DNA from: Pseudomonadota bacterium
GTDB lineage: Bacteria > Desulfobacterota > Desulfobacteria > Desulfobacterales > RPRI01
DNA length: 64,000 nt
Assembly (NCBI GenBank): GCA_043825875.1
Contig: JBDRRF010000107.1
Coordinates: forward strand, 1-64,000
Direction: 5' to 3'
Shown here piece by piece: positions 40,464 to 52,726 of the stretch. Position numbers and translations under genes: made by a program. Every line of letters begins with the position of its first letter. The stretch's first letter is position 1. The notes under the pieces are model-generated. The model saw only the letters and a list, made by a program, of their open reading frames with translations. It ran no database searches and was not told the origin of the DNA.

Positions 40464-40991
40464 ATGGATAATACTATAATTGAGCTGCTTGAAAATGGCC
40501 TGTATGAAGGGATATCTCTTTATGATGAGCTACTTGCTTGCTTTAAAAATGAAAAAGAAGCATTGGCGAATATGGATTTGGATAATCTTTGGGATATATC
40601 AAAAGAAAAAACCAAAGTATGCGCAAAGATAAATTTCATAGAGCAAAAAGTTTTTTCCGCCATTCGTTCTAAATTGGAAAGACACCATTTTGCCGGATCG
40701 GAACAGGTCGCCGATTTTAACAGATGGTCACAATTTCCGGTTCTTATTACAGAAATTATACAGGAAAAGGATAAGCCGAGATTTCAGAAATTATATGATA
40801 CGCTGCAAGGCATTAAAAGCGGGATTGATACGATGCGCAAAGTCAATACTGATACAATTGAGCATTCGCTTCAATTTCTTGATGAAATTATATCAATCAT
40901 AACCGGACAGGCACATCAGGAAGTTATATACAATGGAAGATGCAGATATAATCACTCAAGAAACAATGTCTTTATGAGCAGGGAGGTCTAA
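40464..40991 (+). CDS. flgN: FlgN export chaperone
   Basis: Helical protein (Y.ELL...EKEAL, N...IEHSL.F) immediately before flgK. Confidence 0.8.
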   Translation: MDNTIIELLENGLYEGISLYDELLACFKNEKEALANMDLDNLWDISKEKTKVCAKINFIEQKVFSAIRSKLERHHFAGSEQVADFNRWSQFPVLITEIIQEKDKPRFQKLYDTLQGIKSGIDTMRKVNTDTIEHSLQFLDEIISIITGQAHQEVIYNGRCRYNHSRNNVFMSREV

Positions 40992-40993
40992 AA

Positions 40994-42745
40994 ATGTCGA
41001 GCCTGGGTTTGGTAGGAGATATTGCAAACAGTGCTTTGACTGCTCAGCGCTATGGCATCGAGGTAACTTCTCATAATATAGCAAATGTTAATACTGAAGG
41101 TTATACAAGGCAGTCTCCGGTTTATGAAGCGAAGCTTCCCGGATCATATGGTAACTTGCTTCTTGGCCGGGGAGTAAATACAAGCACTGTAAGGAGAATC
41201 TCCGATCAGTTTATTGAAAACCAGCTTATGCAACAAAAATCGGATTTGTCTTCTTCTAATGAGCTGGAAAACTATATGAAGGTTTTAGAGGGAATCTTTA
41301 ATGAAAATTCGGAAGTAAGTATAAGCACCATGATGGCCAACTTCTGGAATTTGTGGCAGGATATATCAAATAACCCGACAGGATCTTCTGAACGAACCGC
41401 TCTTTATGAATACACTTCTCAGATTTCTGAACAATTAAATACTATTGATGTTAGCATGAATCAGGTTAAGATAAATTTGACTAATGCAATAACATCCGGA
41501 ATAGGCAAGATAAATCAGATTACCAGTGAAATAGCAGCAACCAACGGGCAAATTGTCGGTATGGAGGCTGGCGGTATGGCCAACGACTTAAGGGATAAGC
41601 GCAATGAGCTGGTATCGGAATTGTCGGGATATATCGATGTAAAATCTTTCGAGCAGGACAATGGAACCCTTACGATAGTTACAGCAAGGGGTTGTGTATT
41701 GGTCAACGGAAATGACAGTTCTGATCTGGCACTTGGTGGCGTTAACGGAGATAAGGTAGAATGGCAAGGTTCAGGTGGCTCAACTACTGATATCACCAGC
41801 TATATAAGCAATGGAAAACTTGGCGGATGGCTTGATATGCGTGACCAGATCCTTACCAAATACCAACTGGATCTGGACTCTATGGCCAAAGAACTTGCAT
41901 GGTCGGTAAATCAACAGCATAGTCAGGGAATTGGGTTAAGCAGTTTATCGGCTATAACCGGAACATATTCTGCCACGGATACAACGGAAGAATTAACCAC
42001 CATTGATTCCGGGCTTGATTATTATTCCAAGGTTGGTACCGGCACTTTTAATCTATGGGTTTATGACTCAACAGGGGCTGTGGTTGGAGGAGGGGCAACT
42101 ACTATTAATATTGATGCCACAACAACTCTTGATGACTTAGTAACCGCAATTGATGCGGTTGCAAATATTAACTCATCCATAACAACCGATAGCACCTTAA
42201 ACATAAATGCTGACAGTGGTTTTACCTTTGCCTTTTCCGAAGACACAAGCAATGCATTGGCTGCTCTTGGTGTAAACACTTTTTTTACAGGTTCGAGTGC
42301 CGGTGATATTTCTGTAAGCAATGCAATCAGTTCAGATGTTAATGCTATTACTGCTGCCAGGGTGGCAAGTGATGGCTCCTTTGCTTCGGGAAATAATGCC
42401 AATGCAATTTCTGTAGCCAATATACAGAACGCGGCTATGTCAATCTCAACCTGGACATGCGACCGAATAAATGGCAACACAGAGGGAAGTGTAACAACCA
42501 CACTGGAAGACTATTATCATTCACTGGCAGGCTCAATTGGTACGATGTCGGCAGGAATTTCAAACAGCAAAACTTTTAATGAAGTAATGTTTGATAATTT
42601 AAATAACATAAGAGACAGTATATCGGCTGTGTCATTGGATGAAGAAATGACTAACCTGATAAAGTATCAGCACGCTTATTCGGCTGCTGCAAAACTTATA
42701 AGTATTGCGGATGAAATGCTGAATACTTTGCTTAGCGTGAAGTAA
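40994..42745 (+). CDS. flgK: Hook-associated protein 1
   Basis: SHNIANVNTEGYTRQ; SAVSLDEEMTNLIKYQHAYSAAAK. Confidence 0.95.
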   Translation: MSSLGLVGDIANSALTAQRYGIEVTSHNIANVNTEGYTRQSPVYEAKLPGSYGNLLLGRGVNTSTVRRISDQFIENQLMQQKSDLSSSNELENYMKVLEGIFNENSEVSISTMMANFWNLWQDISNNPTGSSERTALYEYTSQISEQLNTIDVSMNQVKINLTNAITSGIGKINQITSEIAATNGQIVGMEAGGMANDLRDKRNELVSELSGYIDVKSFEQDNGTLTIVTARGCVLVNGNDSSDLALGGVNGDKVEWQGSGGSTTDITSYISNGKLGGWLDMRDQILTKYQLDLDSMAKELAWSVNQQHSQGIGLSSLSAITGTYSATDTTEELTTIDSGLDYYSKVGTGTFNLWVYDSTGAVVGGGATTINIDATTTLDDLVTAIDAVANINSSITTDSTLNINADSGFTFAFSEDTSNALAALGVNTFFTGSSAGDISVSNAISSDVNAITAARVASDGSFASGNNANAISVANIQNAAMSISTWTCDRINGNTEGSVTTTLEDYYHSLAGSIGTMSAGISNSKTFNEVMFDNLNNIRDSISAVSLDEEMTNLIKYQHAYSAAAKLISIADEMLNTLLSVK

Positions 42746-42763
42746 AAGCAGGAGAGTAATGTT

Positions 42764-43630
42764 ATGCGGGTAACTAATAAAAGTGTTTATGATTCTGTAA
42801 AATACAATCTGGGCAAGATCAGTGAAGATATGAGCAAGGCTAATCAAATCGCTTCTTCCGGCAAACGCATTTCCAGTTTGTCGGATGATCCGGTTGCCCT
42901 TACCCAATCATTGAAGATCAAGTCTGTTATTTCAGGCATTGATCAGTTGGGAAGAAATGTTTCATTGGGAAAATCCTGGCTTACAGCATCGGAAACTGCA
43001 TTGACTAATGTCCAGAATTTAATTTCCGATGCAAAAGCGATATGTGTTCAGATGGCATCTTCCACAACAGGAAAAGAACAAAGAGCCTCAGCCGCTTTAA
43101 ATGTGCAAAATATATTAGATGAGATTGTGTCACTATCAAATACTGAAGTAAGCGGAAGATATATATTCTCTGGAACAAAAACGGATTCTCTTGCGTTCGA
43201 CCAAACCGGAACCTATTTAGGAAACAATGAACCTTTTAGCGTAAAAATAGGCACGGATACCACTATTTCCGTAGGAAGCTACGGCCAGCAAGTATTCGGG
43301 ACGATTTTTACTGACTTAGGCCTTTTAAGAGATAATTTAACAAACGATAATGTTGATGGGATTCAAGCCGGTCTTGACGACCTGGATAGTCATTTCAATC
43401 ATATAACAAACAAGATATCCGATGTTGGTTCTAAGATGAACCGAATGGAAATGAAAGAACTAATATTTCAGGATTTAAATCTTGTCAACATCGACCAGCT
43501 TTCAAATATTGAGGATGCGGATATGGCAGAAGCAATTATTAATATTAAAGAAATGGAACTTGCCTACCAGGCTGCTTTGAACTCTTCCAGCAAAGTAATG
43601 CAATTGAGTCTGGTAGACTATTTGAAATAA
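42764..43630 (+). CDS. flgL: Hook-associated protein 3
   Basis: SSGKRISSLSDDP, YIFSG, LSLVDYLK. Confidence 0.95.
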   Translation: MRVTNKSVYDSVKYNLGKISEDMSKANQIASSGKRISSLSDDPVALTQSLKIKSVISGIDQLGRNVSLGKSWLTASETALTNVQNLISDAKAICVQMASSTTGKEQRASAALNVQNILDEIVSLSNTEVSGRYIFSGTKTDSLAFDQTGTYLGNNEPFSVKIGTDTTISVGSYGQQVFGTIFTDLGLLRDNLTNDNVDGIQAGLDDLDSHFNHITNKISDVGSKMNRMEMKELIFQDLNLVNIDQLSNIEDADMAEAIINIKEMELAYQAALNSSSKVMQLSLVDYLK

Positions 43631-43658
43631 TGACTAGGGAAAGTGCCATGGGAAAATC

Positions 43659-43910
43659 ATGCTGATAATTACACGAAAAGCAGATGAAAAAATTACAATC
43701 GGTGACGATATTGTTGTTACAATAATTGAAGTCAAAGGATCTGTAGTCAAGCTGGGGATTGAAGCGCCAAAATCCGTAAGCATCCATCGTCAGGAGATAT
43801 ATGATAAAATACTAGAGCAGAATATTAAAGCTGCGGAAGTAGATGAATCCGATCTTACAATAGCTGCATCCATATTAAATAAAAATAAACCAGGTGGTGA
43901 TTCAAAGTGA
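43659..43910 (+). CDS. csrA: Carbon storage regulator CsrA with a C-terminal extension
   Basis: [22 protein letters not shown]...HRQEIY. Confidence 0.95.
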   Translation: MLIITRKADEKITIGDDIVVTIIEVKGSVVKLGIEAPKSVSIHRQEIYDKILEQNIKAAEVDESDLTIAASILNKNKPGGDSK

Positions 43911-44362
43911 AGATAAAAACAACTCGATTCGGGACAATTAACGCAACAAAAGATAAAATAATCCATATGCCTTTCGGTATGCTTGGCTTTCCGGAAAACA
44001 AGCGCTTTATTATGTTCCGCCATAAAGAAAACTCTCCTTTCTTCTGGTACCAGTCTATAGATGATCCTACGCTTGCCTTTGTTATAACCAGTCCTTTTAT
44101 GTTTATGCCTGCTTATTTAGTTGACGCGGAGGAAACAGCAAAAGCTATGTCCTGGGATGATATCAAAATAGATGATCTTGAGTTGTATGTGGTTGCCAAT
44201 ATCCCCAAAGGAAAGCCGGAAGAAATGACTGCCAATTTACTTGGTCCCATATTGATCAATATAAAAAATAATCAGGCGGTCCAGATGGTAATTTCAAACA
44301 ATACTTACTCCCATAAATTTCCTCTTGCCGGAAAAGATCAGGGATGTTCTGAATCGGAATAA
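43907..44362 (+). CDS. fliW: Flagellar assembly factor FliW
   Basis: [26 protein letters not shown]. Confidence 0.93.
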   Translation: MKIKTTRFGTINATKDKIIHMPFGMLGFPENKRFIMFRHKENSPFFWYQSIDDPTLAFVITSPFMFMPAYLVDAEETAKAMSWDDIKIDDLELYVVANIPKGKPEEMTANLLGPILINIKNNQAVQMVISNNTYSHKFPLAGKDQGCSESE

Positions 44363-44389
44363 ATTTTTGGGCCGCATTTTTCTTAATGT

Positions 44390-45079
44390 TTATATCCATG
44401 ATCTCAATTCGCTCAACGCCGTGGAAGCCATTAAATAAGGTTCTTTATACATAATTGCCAAACGTTGAATTTCCGATAGTATTTCATTTAAACTCTTAGA
44501 GTCTGTGCCCCTGTCGGTCAAATTGCCGGAAACATACCCCCACATATGCTCTGTAGTATTTTTCAAATTCACGGTCGCAGGCTGTATGCGAAGTATTTCA
44601 GTCAATTCTAAAGCAAGCTCATTGAATCCTTCATATTTTTTAGATTTTGATATTTTTTTGCCTATTGATTTATACAAACCCTGATTTCTGGCCATAACGG
44701 AATATTTGTGCTGAGCCCATAACTCTTTAGTATTTCTGGGAAGGGGTATTCTTCCGGGCAAACGGTCTATGTATTTATTTTTTAGAAGACCAAATTGAGA
44801 ACCCGGAAAATCAATGAAGGTCTTTGGCCAAATGTCTTTTGCAGATAGAAGATCAACCGGAGAATGGTGCTTAAAATTTCTTAAACTCATTTCGGAAACT
44901 AAAAGAGAATGCCGTTTTGAAAGTGCCCATCCAAAAGATTTCCAGCGTAAAGTTTCCGGATGACGTGAATAGCCCTTCTTGTTATTGCTTATAATAGAAA
45001 CGATTGCATGAAGCTCGCGATGTTCTCCAAGAAGACTCTGGTTGTTTAAATATCCCGGACTTATATCCCATATTCGCAT
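44390..45079 (-). CDS. Pyrimidine-dimer DNA glycosylase (T4 endonuclease V-like) domain fused to a DUF1722-like C-terminus
   Basis: MRIWD...LLGEHRELH, GYSRHPETLRW; C-terminal WAQHKYSVMA, HMWGY, YLMAST. Confidence 0.75.
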   Translation of the reverse strand: MRIWDISPGYLNNQSLLGEHRELHAIVSIISNNKKGYSRHPETLRWKSFGWALSKRHSLLVSEMSLRNFKHHSPVDLLSAKDIWPKTFIDFPGSQFGLLKNKYIDRLPGRIPLPRNTKELWAQHKYSVMARNQGLYKSIGKKISKSKKYEGFNELALELTEILRIQPATVNLKNTTEHMWGYVSGNLTDRGTDSKSLNEILSEIQRLAIMYKEPYLMASTALSELRSWI

Positions 45080-45342
45080 TTGTTTTATATACCGGCTAAA
45101 TTATATGCTGATAGTCAACAATGTTTTTGCTAATTAACGTGCTGTATTGAGTGAGCGCCTGCAACTACATAATGGCCATATTGTTTTAAATCTAATACCC
45201 GATTATAAAAAAAACAATATAATAAATCACACTAAAAAAAGAACTCTTATTCGCCTGTTTTTCTTTCGGGGTTGATATTACAGACCTATCAAAGATTCTC
45301 TGGTAGAAGATACTTTAACCTTCTATATGGATATCACCGGAA

Positions 45343-45711
45343 TAATCACCGACCACCAGCATAGCTGGTGGTTTGATGAAGCCCCTTCGAAGGGGGCTTT
45401 GTCATAGGAAAGCCCCTATAGGAGCTGTTTAGTTATTCATTATCTTTGTCTTGCTCTTTGATATATTTTTTGATTATGTCTTCATCAAGACCAACGGTAC
45501 TTACACAATATCCTCTTGCCCAAAAATTCAAACCTGTCATCCTTTTGGTTTTCTAAAGATCACGATGTATCCTTATTGCACTTTTACCTTTTATGAACCC
45601 TATTGTATTTGAAACACTATATTTCGGTGGTACACTCAGCAAAAGATGAATATGGTCAGGCATTGCATGCCCTTCGTGTACATATATCCCTTTTTGATGA
45701 CATAAATTAAT
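45343..45711 (-). mobile_element. IS200/IS605-family element relic (right end retained, left part lost)
   Basis: tnpA remnant followed by hairpins at 45411-45426, 45379-45399 and a subterminal palindrome ACCACCAGC-ATA-GCTGGTGGT (45352-45372). Element ends approximate. Confidence 0.85.
45433..45711 (-). pseudogene. tnpA: Y1 transposase TnpA pseudogene: 5'-truncated, with an in-frame TAG at 45553-45555
   Basis: HUH motif MPDHIHLLLSVPPKYSV and KGKSAI; after the stop the same frame continues FWARGYCVSTVG..KYIKEQ. Confidence 0.9.
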
Positions 45712-45938
45712 TTTTCCGTCTTTAATTGACGGCTTGGCAGTTAACCACCTTGCTCCGACTTTTGTCTTCAATCGCGAGTGTCATAGCATAACCTATATGG
45801 AATTTTGATATGCTGTTGACAATAGCACAAAAATATAGTTGACATGAAATATATAATCTGGTCAATAACAAGCTCCATAAAAATAAGTTTTATATTAGTT
45901 ATATATATTAGATAAGAACAATTAACTGGAGGCGGTTT

Positions 45939-47027
45939 ATGAAATATAACAGGATTTATAATTTTAATGCAGGACCGGCAGCTTTACCTTTAAGCGTTCT
46001 TGAAGAAGCAAAAGAATCTTTTATGAATTTTGCCGGAACAGGAATGTCCATAACTGAAATAAGCCACAGATCAAAACCTTTTGATGAAGTAATAAATGAT
46101 GCAGTTGCCCGTACAAAAAGACTTTTAAAACTTGATGACGGTTATCAAGTTCTTTTTCTTCAGGGGGGCGCAAGCCTTCAGTTTGCAATGGTACCTATGA
46201 ATTGTCTTCCCGACGGCAAATCAGCAGATTATGTTGAGACTGGCACATGGTCAACAAAAGCCATTAAAGAAGCTCAGATACTTGGCAAAAATATAAATAT
46301 TGTAGCATCCTCAAAAGATAAAAATTTCTCTTACATCCCGTATAATGCTCAGTTTAATAGTGAATCAGTTTATGCGCACATTACATCCAATAACACAATA
46401 AAAGGAACACAATGGTCTCAATTCCCTGATACTAAAGGTGTACCTATAGTTGCTGATATGTCTTCTGATATCATGAGCAGACCGTTTGATCCAAAACCTT
46501 TTGGGATAATTTATGCAGGAGCACAAAAAAATATAGGTCCTGCAGGAGTATGCATGGTAATCATCCGTGAAGATATGCTCAAACTTGTTCCTGACAATCT
46601 TCCGTCAATGCTTAAATATACAACATTTTCTTCTTCCAATTCACTTTATAATACTCCTCCCTGCTTTTCCATATACCTTATTCAGCTTGTCTTAAAATGG
46701 CTGGAAGAAACTATAGGCGGACTTGATAAAATTGAAGTAATTAATAAAGAAAAAGCCAAGCTTTTATATGATATTTTTGATTCCAGCAATTTTTATAAAG
46801 GAACAGCAACACCGGACAGCAGATCTTTGATGAATATAACTTTCCGACTCCCAAGCGAAGAGCTTGAAGGTAAATTCATTCAGGAAGCAACTAAAAACGG
46901 CCTGGGTGGCTTGAAGGGGCATCGTTCCGTCGGTGGGTGCCGCGCATCCATTTATAATGCGACAACTTTAGAGGGTGTTAAAGCTTTAACCGATTTTATG
47001 AAAAATTTTGAACAAAAAAACGGATAA
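45939..47027 (+). CDS. serC: Phosphoserine aminotransferase
   Basis: NFNAGPA, SHRS, ADMSSD, YAGAQKNIGPAG, GHRSVGG.RASIYN. Confidence 0.97.
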   Translation: MKYNRIYNFNAGPAALPLSVLEEAKESFMNFAGTGMSITEISHRSKPFDEVINDAVARTKRLLKLDDGYQVLFLQGGASLQFAMVPMNCLPDGKSADYVETGTWSTKAIKEAQILGKNINIVASSKDKNFSYIPYNAQFNSESVYAHITSNNTIKGTQWSQFPDTKGVPIVADMSSDIMSRPFDPKPFGIIYAGAQKNIGPAGVCMVIIREDMLKLVPDNLPSMLKYTTFSSSNSLYNTPPCFSIYLIQLVLKWLEETIGGLDKIEVINKEKAKLLYDIFDSSNFYKGTATPDSRSLMNITFRLPSEELEGKFIQEATKNGLGGLKGHRSVGGCRASIYNATTLEGVKALTDFMKNFEQKNG

Positions 47028-47091
47028 TCCGGCGAGATCTTCTGGATATTATTCAATACTATAAAAACCATTACTAAGATATCTTAAAACC

Positions 47092-47130
47092 AAAAAAGGG
47101 CACGCCATTAATACTTGGCTGCCCTTTTTT
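47092..47130. terminator. Bidirectional intrinsic terminator between convergent serC and atpC
   Basis: AAAAAAGGGCA-C-GCCA...TGGC-TGCCCTTTTTT. Confidence 0.8.
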
Positions 47131-47205
47131 ATTATCTTTATTTGATGGCTTTATAACATGCCATCAGATTTTTATATTTTTCGTGTTAAATAATAACTGC
47201 TAAAC

Positions 47206-47625
47206 TTACTGCCGTCTTGTTTCAGCAAGCTGGACGCGGTGTAAAGCCCTATCCAGAGCTACTTTAGCTCTCATAAAGTCCATATCCTGTTTGCCACTTT
47301 CTTTTACCAAACGTTCTTCAGCACGTTTTAAAGCGGCTTTTGCCCTTTCTATATCTATATCACGCCTTCTTTCCGCAGTTTCAGCAAGCACGGTTACTTT
47401 GTCAGGCAAAGCTTCCGCAAACCCTTCTGTAACAAAGACGCACCTTTCTTCACCTTTTACATCCTTATACTTAATAATTCCCATTTTTAATGTGGTAAAA
47501 AAGGGGGTGTGGCCAACAAGAACTCCAAATTCTCCCATTGCACCAGGTGCCATAACAATCTGTGCTTCTTCGCTAACTACGGATTTTTCCGGCGTAACAA
47601 CTTCTAATTTTATGTTTCCGGCCAT
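47206..47625 (-). CDS. atpC: ATP synthase epsilon subunit
   Basis: LEVVTPE, GEFGVLVGH, DIDIERA. Confidence 0.95.
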   Translation of the reverse strand: MAGNIKLEVVTPEKSVVSEEAQIVMAPGAMGEFGVLVGHTPFFTTLKMGIIKYKDVKGEERCVFVTEGFAEALPDKVTVLAETAERRRDIDIERAKAALKRAEERLVKESGKQDMDFMRAKVALDRALHRVQLAETRRQ

Positions 47626-47643
47626 ATCGGTTATCCTCACATA

Positions 47644-49062
<1,419 letters not shown>

Positions 49063-49107
49063 CTATAGACCTCCTATAAACTAAACTATACACGGTATAT
49101 TCAGTTC

Positions 49108-49998
49108 TTACCCTTTAAGCGCTTCTGCTCCGCCTACAATATCCATGAGATCCGAGGTGATAGCAGACTGCCGGGCCTTATTGTAAGCCAGAGTAAGACT
49201 CTCAATAATGTCATTGCATGCCTTGGTTGCATTGTTCATTGCAGCCATTCTTGCAGCATGTTCACTTGTTGATGTTTCTAAAAGAGCGCTGTAGATCTGA
49301 ACAAACACATTTTTTGGGAGCATTTCATTCAGCAGTTCAGCTGGAGAAGGCTCACATATATGTTCAGGAAGATATTGTTTGGTTTCATCTTCACTCTTTT
49401 CAATTATTTCAAGAGGCGGTATCGGAAGAAGCTGCTTGATTACCGGGATCTGTCTGGCCGCACTTACAAATTCAGAATAGACTACGTAGACTTCATCATA
49501 TTCTCCGTTTAAAAATCCATCTATAAGCTCTCTTCCTGCATTAACAGATACATTAAATCCGAATTTTCCTCCTACAACTCCGATGTATTCACTTTCAATT
49601 TCATAATCACTTTTTCTTACCCAGTCTCTCCCTTTTTTACCATAGTTAGTAAAAGAAACCTTGATATCCGAAGCTGCTTTTTCTTTAGCGAATGATTCCG
49701 CTTTTCCAATAAGGTTTGCATTAAATCCACCGCACAAACCTCTGTCCGAAGTACAAAGAACGATATTTATTTTTGAAATCTTTTCACGTATGGCAAGTAA
49801 TGGAGCTACTCCACTGCCACCACGTTCGGCAAGACTTCCCAAAACTTCTGCAAATTTGCTTGCATATGGCCTGAAACCGATCATACTGGTTTGAGCACCT
49901 CTAAGTCTTGAAGCAGCAACCATATTCATAGCTTTTGTTATCTGCTTAGTCTTCTTTACCGCGCCTATTTTTATTTGGACATCTTTTAATGTTGCCAT
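49108..49998 (-). CDS. atpG: ATP synthase gamma subunit
   Basis: ITKAMNMVAA, SDRGLCGGFN, YNKARQSAIT. Confidence 0.97.
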   Translation of the reverse strand: MATLKDVQIKIGAVKKTKQITKAMNMVAASRLRGAQTSMIGFRPYASKFAEVLGSLAERGGSGVAPLLAIREKISKINIVLCTSDRGLCGGFNANLIGKAESFAKEKAASDIKVSFTNYGKKGRDWVRKSDYEIESEYIGVVGGKFGFNVSVNAGRELIDGFLNGEYDEVYVVYSEFVSAARQIPVIKQLLPIPPLEIIEKSEDETKQYLPEHICEPSPAELLNEMLPKNVFVQIYSALLETSTSEHAARMAAMNNATKACNDIIESLTLAYNKARQSAITSDLMDIVGGAEALKG

Positions 49999-50055
49999 TT
50001 AAGTCAACCTTTATATATCACGCAAAACAGATTATTTATAAAATTCCGGTTTGCT

Positions 50056-51573
50056 TTATTTTATTGTATCTTTAAATTCTTCATCATAAGCTTTAAGCGC
50101 TTCGGTCATAATCTTATCAAGCTCATCACTTATGGCCTTTTTATCGGCAAGCTCTGTGAATATTTGAGGATATCTATCTGAAATAAAAGTAAATAGACCT
50201 GCCTCATATTTAGCTAGAACATTTATCGGATAATTATCAAGAAAACCTCTGGTTCCGGCGTAAAGAATTGTTACCTGTTTTTCCATAGAAAGAGGTTTAT
50301 ATTGTGGCTGCTTTAATATTTCAACAAGCCGCGCCCCTCGTGTAAGCTGTCTTTGTGTAGCTTTATCAAGATCACTTCCAAAAGCAGCAAAAGCTTCAAG
50401 TTCACGATACTGGGCAAGATCCAGCCTGAGGCTTCCGGCAACCTGCTTCATGGCTTTGACCTGAGCAGCTCCTCCAACTCGTGATACCGAAAGACCAACA
50501 TTTATCGCCGGTCTAACACCAGCAAAGAAGAGACTCGGCTCAAGATATATCTGCCCGTCAGTAATTGATATAACATTTGTTGGAATATAAGCGGAAACGT
50601 CACCTGCCTGAGTTTCAATAATTGGTAAGGCAGTAAGTGAACCTGCACCAAGTTCGTCATTTAATTTGCATGAACGTTCAAGGAGCCTGGAATGGTTATA
50701 AAAAATATCTCCAGGATAAGCTTCTCGTCCGGGCGGACGTCTCAAAAGAAGTGAAACCTGACGATAAGCAGCAGCCTGCTTTGAAAGATCGTCATAAATA
50801 ATTAATGCATGCTGACCTTTATCACGGAAATATTCCCCCATAGCACAACCTGCATAGGGTGCGACATACTGTAATGTTGCAGGATCGCTTGCGCAAGCTG
50901 CTACAACCGTCGTATATTCCATCGCGCCGTGTTTTTCCAGAACGGAAACAACCTGGGCAACTGTCGATTTTTTCTGGCCGCAAGCAACATAAATACAATA
51001 AACATTCTGCCCTTTCTGGCTCAGAATAGAATCTATCGCTATAGCAGTTTTTCCGATCTGGCGGTCACCAATAATAAGTTCACGCTGACCACGGCCAACC
51101 GGAGTCATAGCATCAATTGCTTTAAGACCTGTCAGCATTGACTCATGAACACTTTTTCTGGCTATAACACCAGGTGCCACCATTTCAACTCTTCTGAACT
51201 CTTTAGCATCTATCGGGCCTTTACCATCAATAGGTTCACCGACAGCAGACACAACACGCCCCAGAACCGGTTCACCAACCGGAACCTGAGCAATACGGCC
51301 TGTGCGTTTAACAACATCACCTTCTTTAATATGGGTAACTTCGCCCATAACGGCGATACCCACGTTATCTTCTTCAAGGTTAAGCACCAGACCCAAGATT
51401 CCACCAGGAAATTCAACCAATTCCAAAGACATCGCTTTTTCTAGTCCGTATACCCTGGCAATACCATCACCAACTGACAAGACAACACCGGTTTCGCTCA
51501 ACTCTACTTTCTTGTCATAATCAGCAATCTGACCTTTAATTATCTGACTTATTTCTTCAGCTCTTAATTCCAT
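50056..51573 (-). CDS. atpA: ATP synthase alpha subunit
   Basis: [31 protein letters not shown]. Confidence 0.98.
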   Translation of the reverse strand: MELRAEEISQIIKGQIADYDKKVELSETGVVLSVGDGIARVYGLEKAMSLELVEFPGGILGLVLNLEEDNVGIAVMGEVTHIKEGDVVKRTGRIAQVPVGEPVLGRVVSAVGEPIDGKGPIDAKEFRRVEMVAPGVIARKSVHESMLTGLKAIDAMTPVGRGQRELIIGDRQIGKTAIAIDSILSQKGQNVYCIYVACGQKKSTVAQVVSVLEKHGAMEYTTVVAACASDPATLQYVAPYAGCAMGEYFRDKGQHALIIYDDLSKQAAAYRQVSLLLRRPPGREAYPGDIFYNHSRLLERSCKLNDELGAGSLTALPIIETQAGDVSAYIPTNVISITDGQIYLEPSLFFAGVRPAINVGLSVSRVGGAAQVKAMKQVAGSLRLDLAQYRELEAFAAFGSDLDKATQRQLTRGARLVEILKQPQYKPLSMEKQVTILYAGTRGFLDNYPINVLAKYEAGLFTFISDRYPQIFTELADKKAISDELDKIMTEALKAYDEEFKDTIK

Positions 51574-52124
51574 TATACACTCTCACCCCTTTTTAAAGAT
51601 TCTCTCATGTTGAGCAATTGTGTTTTGATGCTACCATCCAAAACAAGATCACCTATTCTGGAAACCACACCGCCAATAAGACCGGAATCTACCCTGACAT
51701 CCAGAACAATATCTTTACCTGTCATTTTTGACAGGGTATTACGGATCTTTTCCACGGTTTCGGATGTAAGTTCTGTAGCCGAAACCAGACTGGCCCTTGC
51801 AATATTTTTAAGTTCATCGGCCAGCTTCTGATAAAATTCGTTAATAGTAACAAGAAATCCTATTCGACCTTTATCAAATAACAGAAAAAGGAATGATCTC
51901 ATTGCTTTTGAAAGTTTCATTTTTTCAATTAATATTTGTAAAACTTTTTTGCGTGCTGCGGCATCATGCAACGGATTTATAAGCACCTGTTCAAGAGCTT
52001 TTTCTTTTGCAATCAATCCGGCTAACTCATCCAGCTCTTTTCTATAAACCTCAGCATTACCGTCCTCTTTGCCGATAAGAAGAAGTGCCTTAGCATAACG
52101 CCTTGATATAGCTAAATTTTTCAC
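51573..52124 (-). CDS. atpH: ATP synthase delta subunit
   Basis: [21 protein letters not shown]. Confidence 0.95.
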   Translation of the reverse strand: MKNLAISRRYAKALLLIGKEDGNAEVYRKELDELAGLIAKEKALEQVLINPLHDAAARKKVLQILIEKMKLSKAMRSFLFLLFDKGRIGFLVTINEFYQKLADELKNIARASLVSATELTSETVEKIRNTLSKMTGKDIVLDVRVDSGLIGGVVSRIGDLVLDGSIKTQLLNMRESLKRGESV

Positions 52125-52726
52125 TATGCCACCACCTTCTCTAAATATTCACTTACCAGTATTTCCTGATCTTTTGCAGTAATTCCTTTTTTTATTTTTT
52201 CTTCAGCCTTTTCCAGTGCTTTTACTATTACCTCTTCCTGTAACTTTAATCGTGCCTTCTTAAATTCATGCTCAATATTTCTACGGGCCTGCTCCTCTAA
52301 CTTTGAAACTGAAGCATTTGCCGCATCAAGTATTCTTCCTTTTGCTTCTTCACCCTGCTTCAAATATTCAGCAATTATTTTTTCGGATTCTTTATCAAGC
52401 TTGGCTATTTTATCATTACACAATGCCACACTTTTTTCGGTATCTGCTTTTTGTGTTTCCAGTTCGCTTAACTGTTCTTTTATTGCATTGATTCGGTCGT
52501 TAAGAGCGTTTGCAGTGGGTTTTTTCAGCAGAAGAAAAAGCCCGATGGCCAATACCGCAAAATTCATAACACGGTAAGTGTCAGTATTTACCCAACCAAC
52601 TGCATGTCCACCGCCCTCGCCGCCTCCAGAGGAACAAAGACCGATACCGGCGGAAAAGATCAACAGAAACGATATAAACAGTACTAAAAATGCGCGGCTC
52701 TTATTTCTGAAAAAAGATATTTTCAT
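52124..52726 (-). CDS. atpF: ATP synthase b subunit with an N-terminal signal-like extension
   Basis: YRVMNFAVL TM helix plus coiled coil; its ATG overlaps the upstream stop (TAATG). Confidence 0.9.
   Translation of the reverse strand: MKISFFRNKSRAFLVLFISFLLIFSAGIGLCSSGGGEGGGHAVGWVNTDTYRVMNFAVLAIGLFLLLKKPTANALNDRINAIKEQLSELETQKADTEKSVALCNDKIAKLDKESEKIIAEYLKQGEEAKGRILDAANASVSKLEEQARRNIEHEFKKARLKLQEEVIVKALEKAEEKIKKGITAKDQEILVSEYLEKVVA

Noticed and set aside
45132..45162. attC right arm upstream of the glycosylase gene, suggesting a stray cassette
   Set aside because: There is a GTT core-like 7-mer but no complementary left arm and no convincing inverse core after the stop.
45553..45555. Pyrrolysine or recoded TAG in tnpA
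   Set aside because: The gene is also 5'-truncated and TAG ends many intact genes here (dsrP, motA, fliL); a simple nonsense mutation is more likely.
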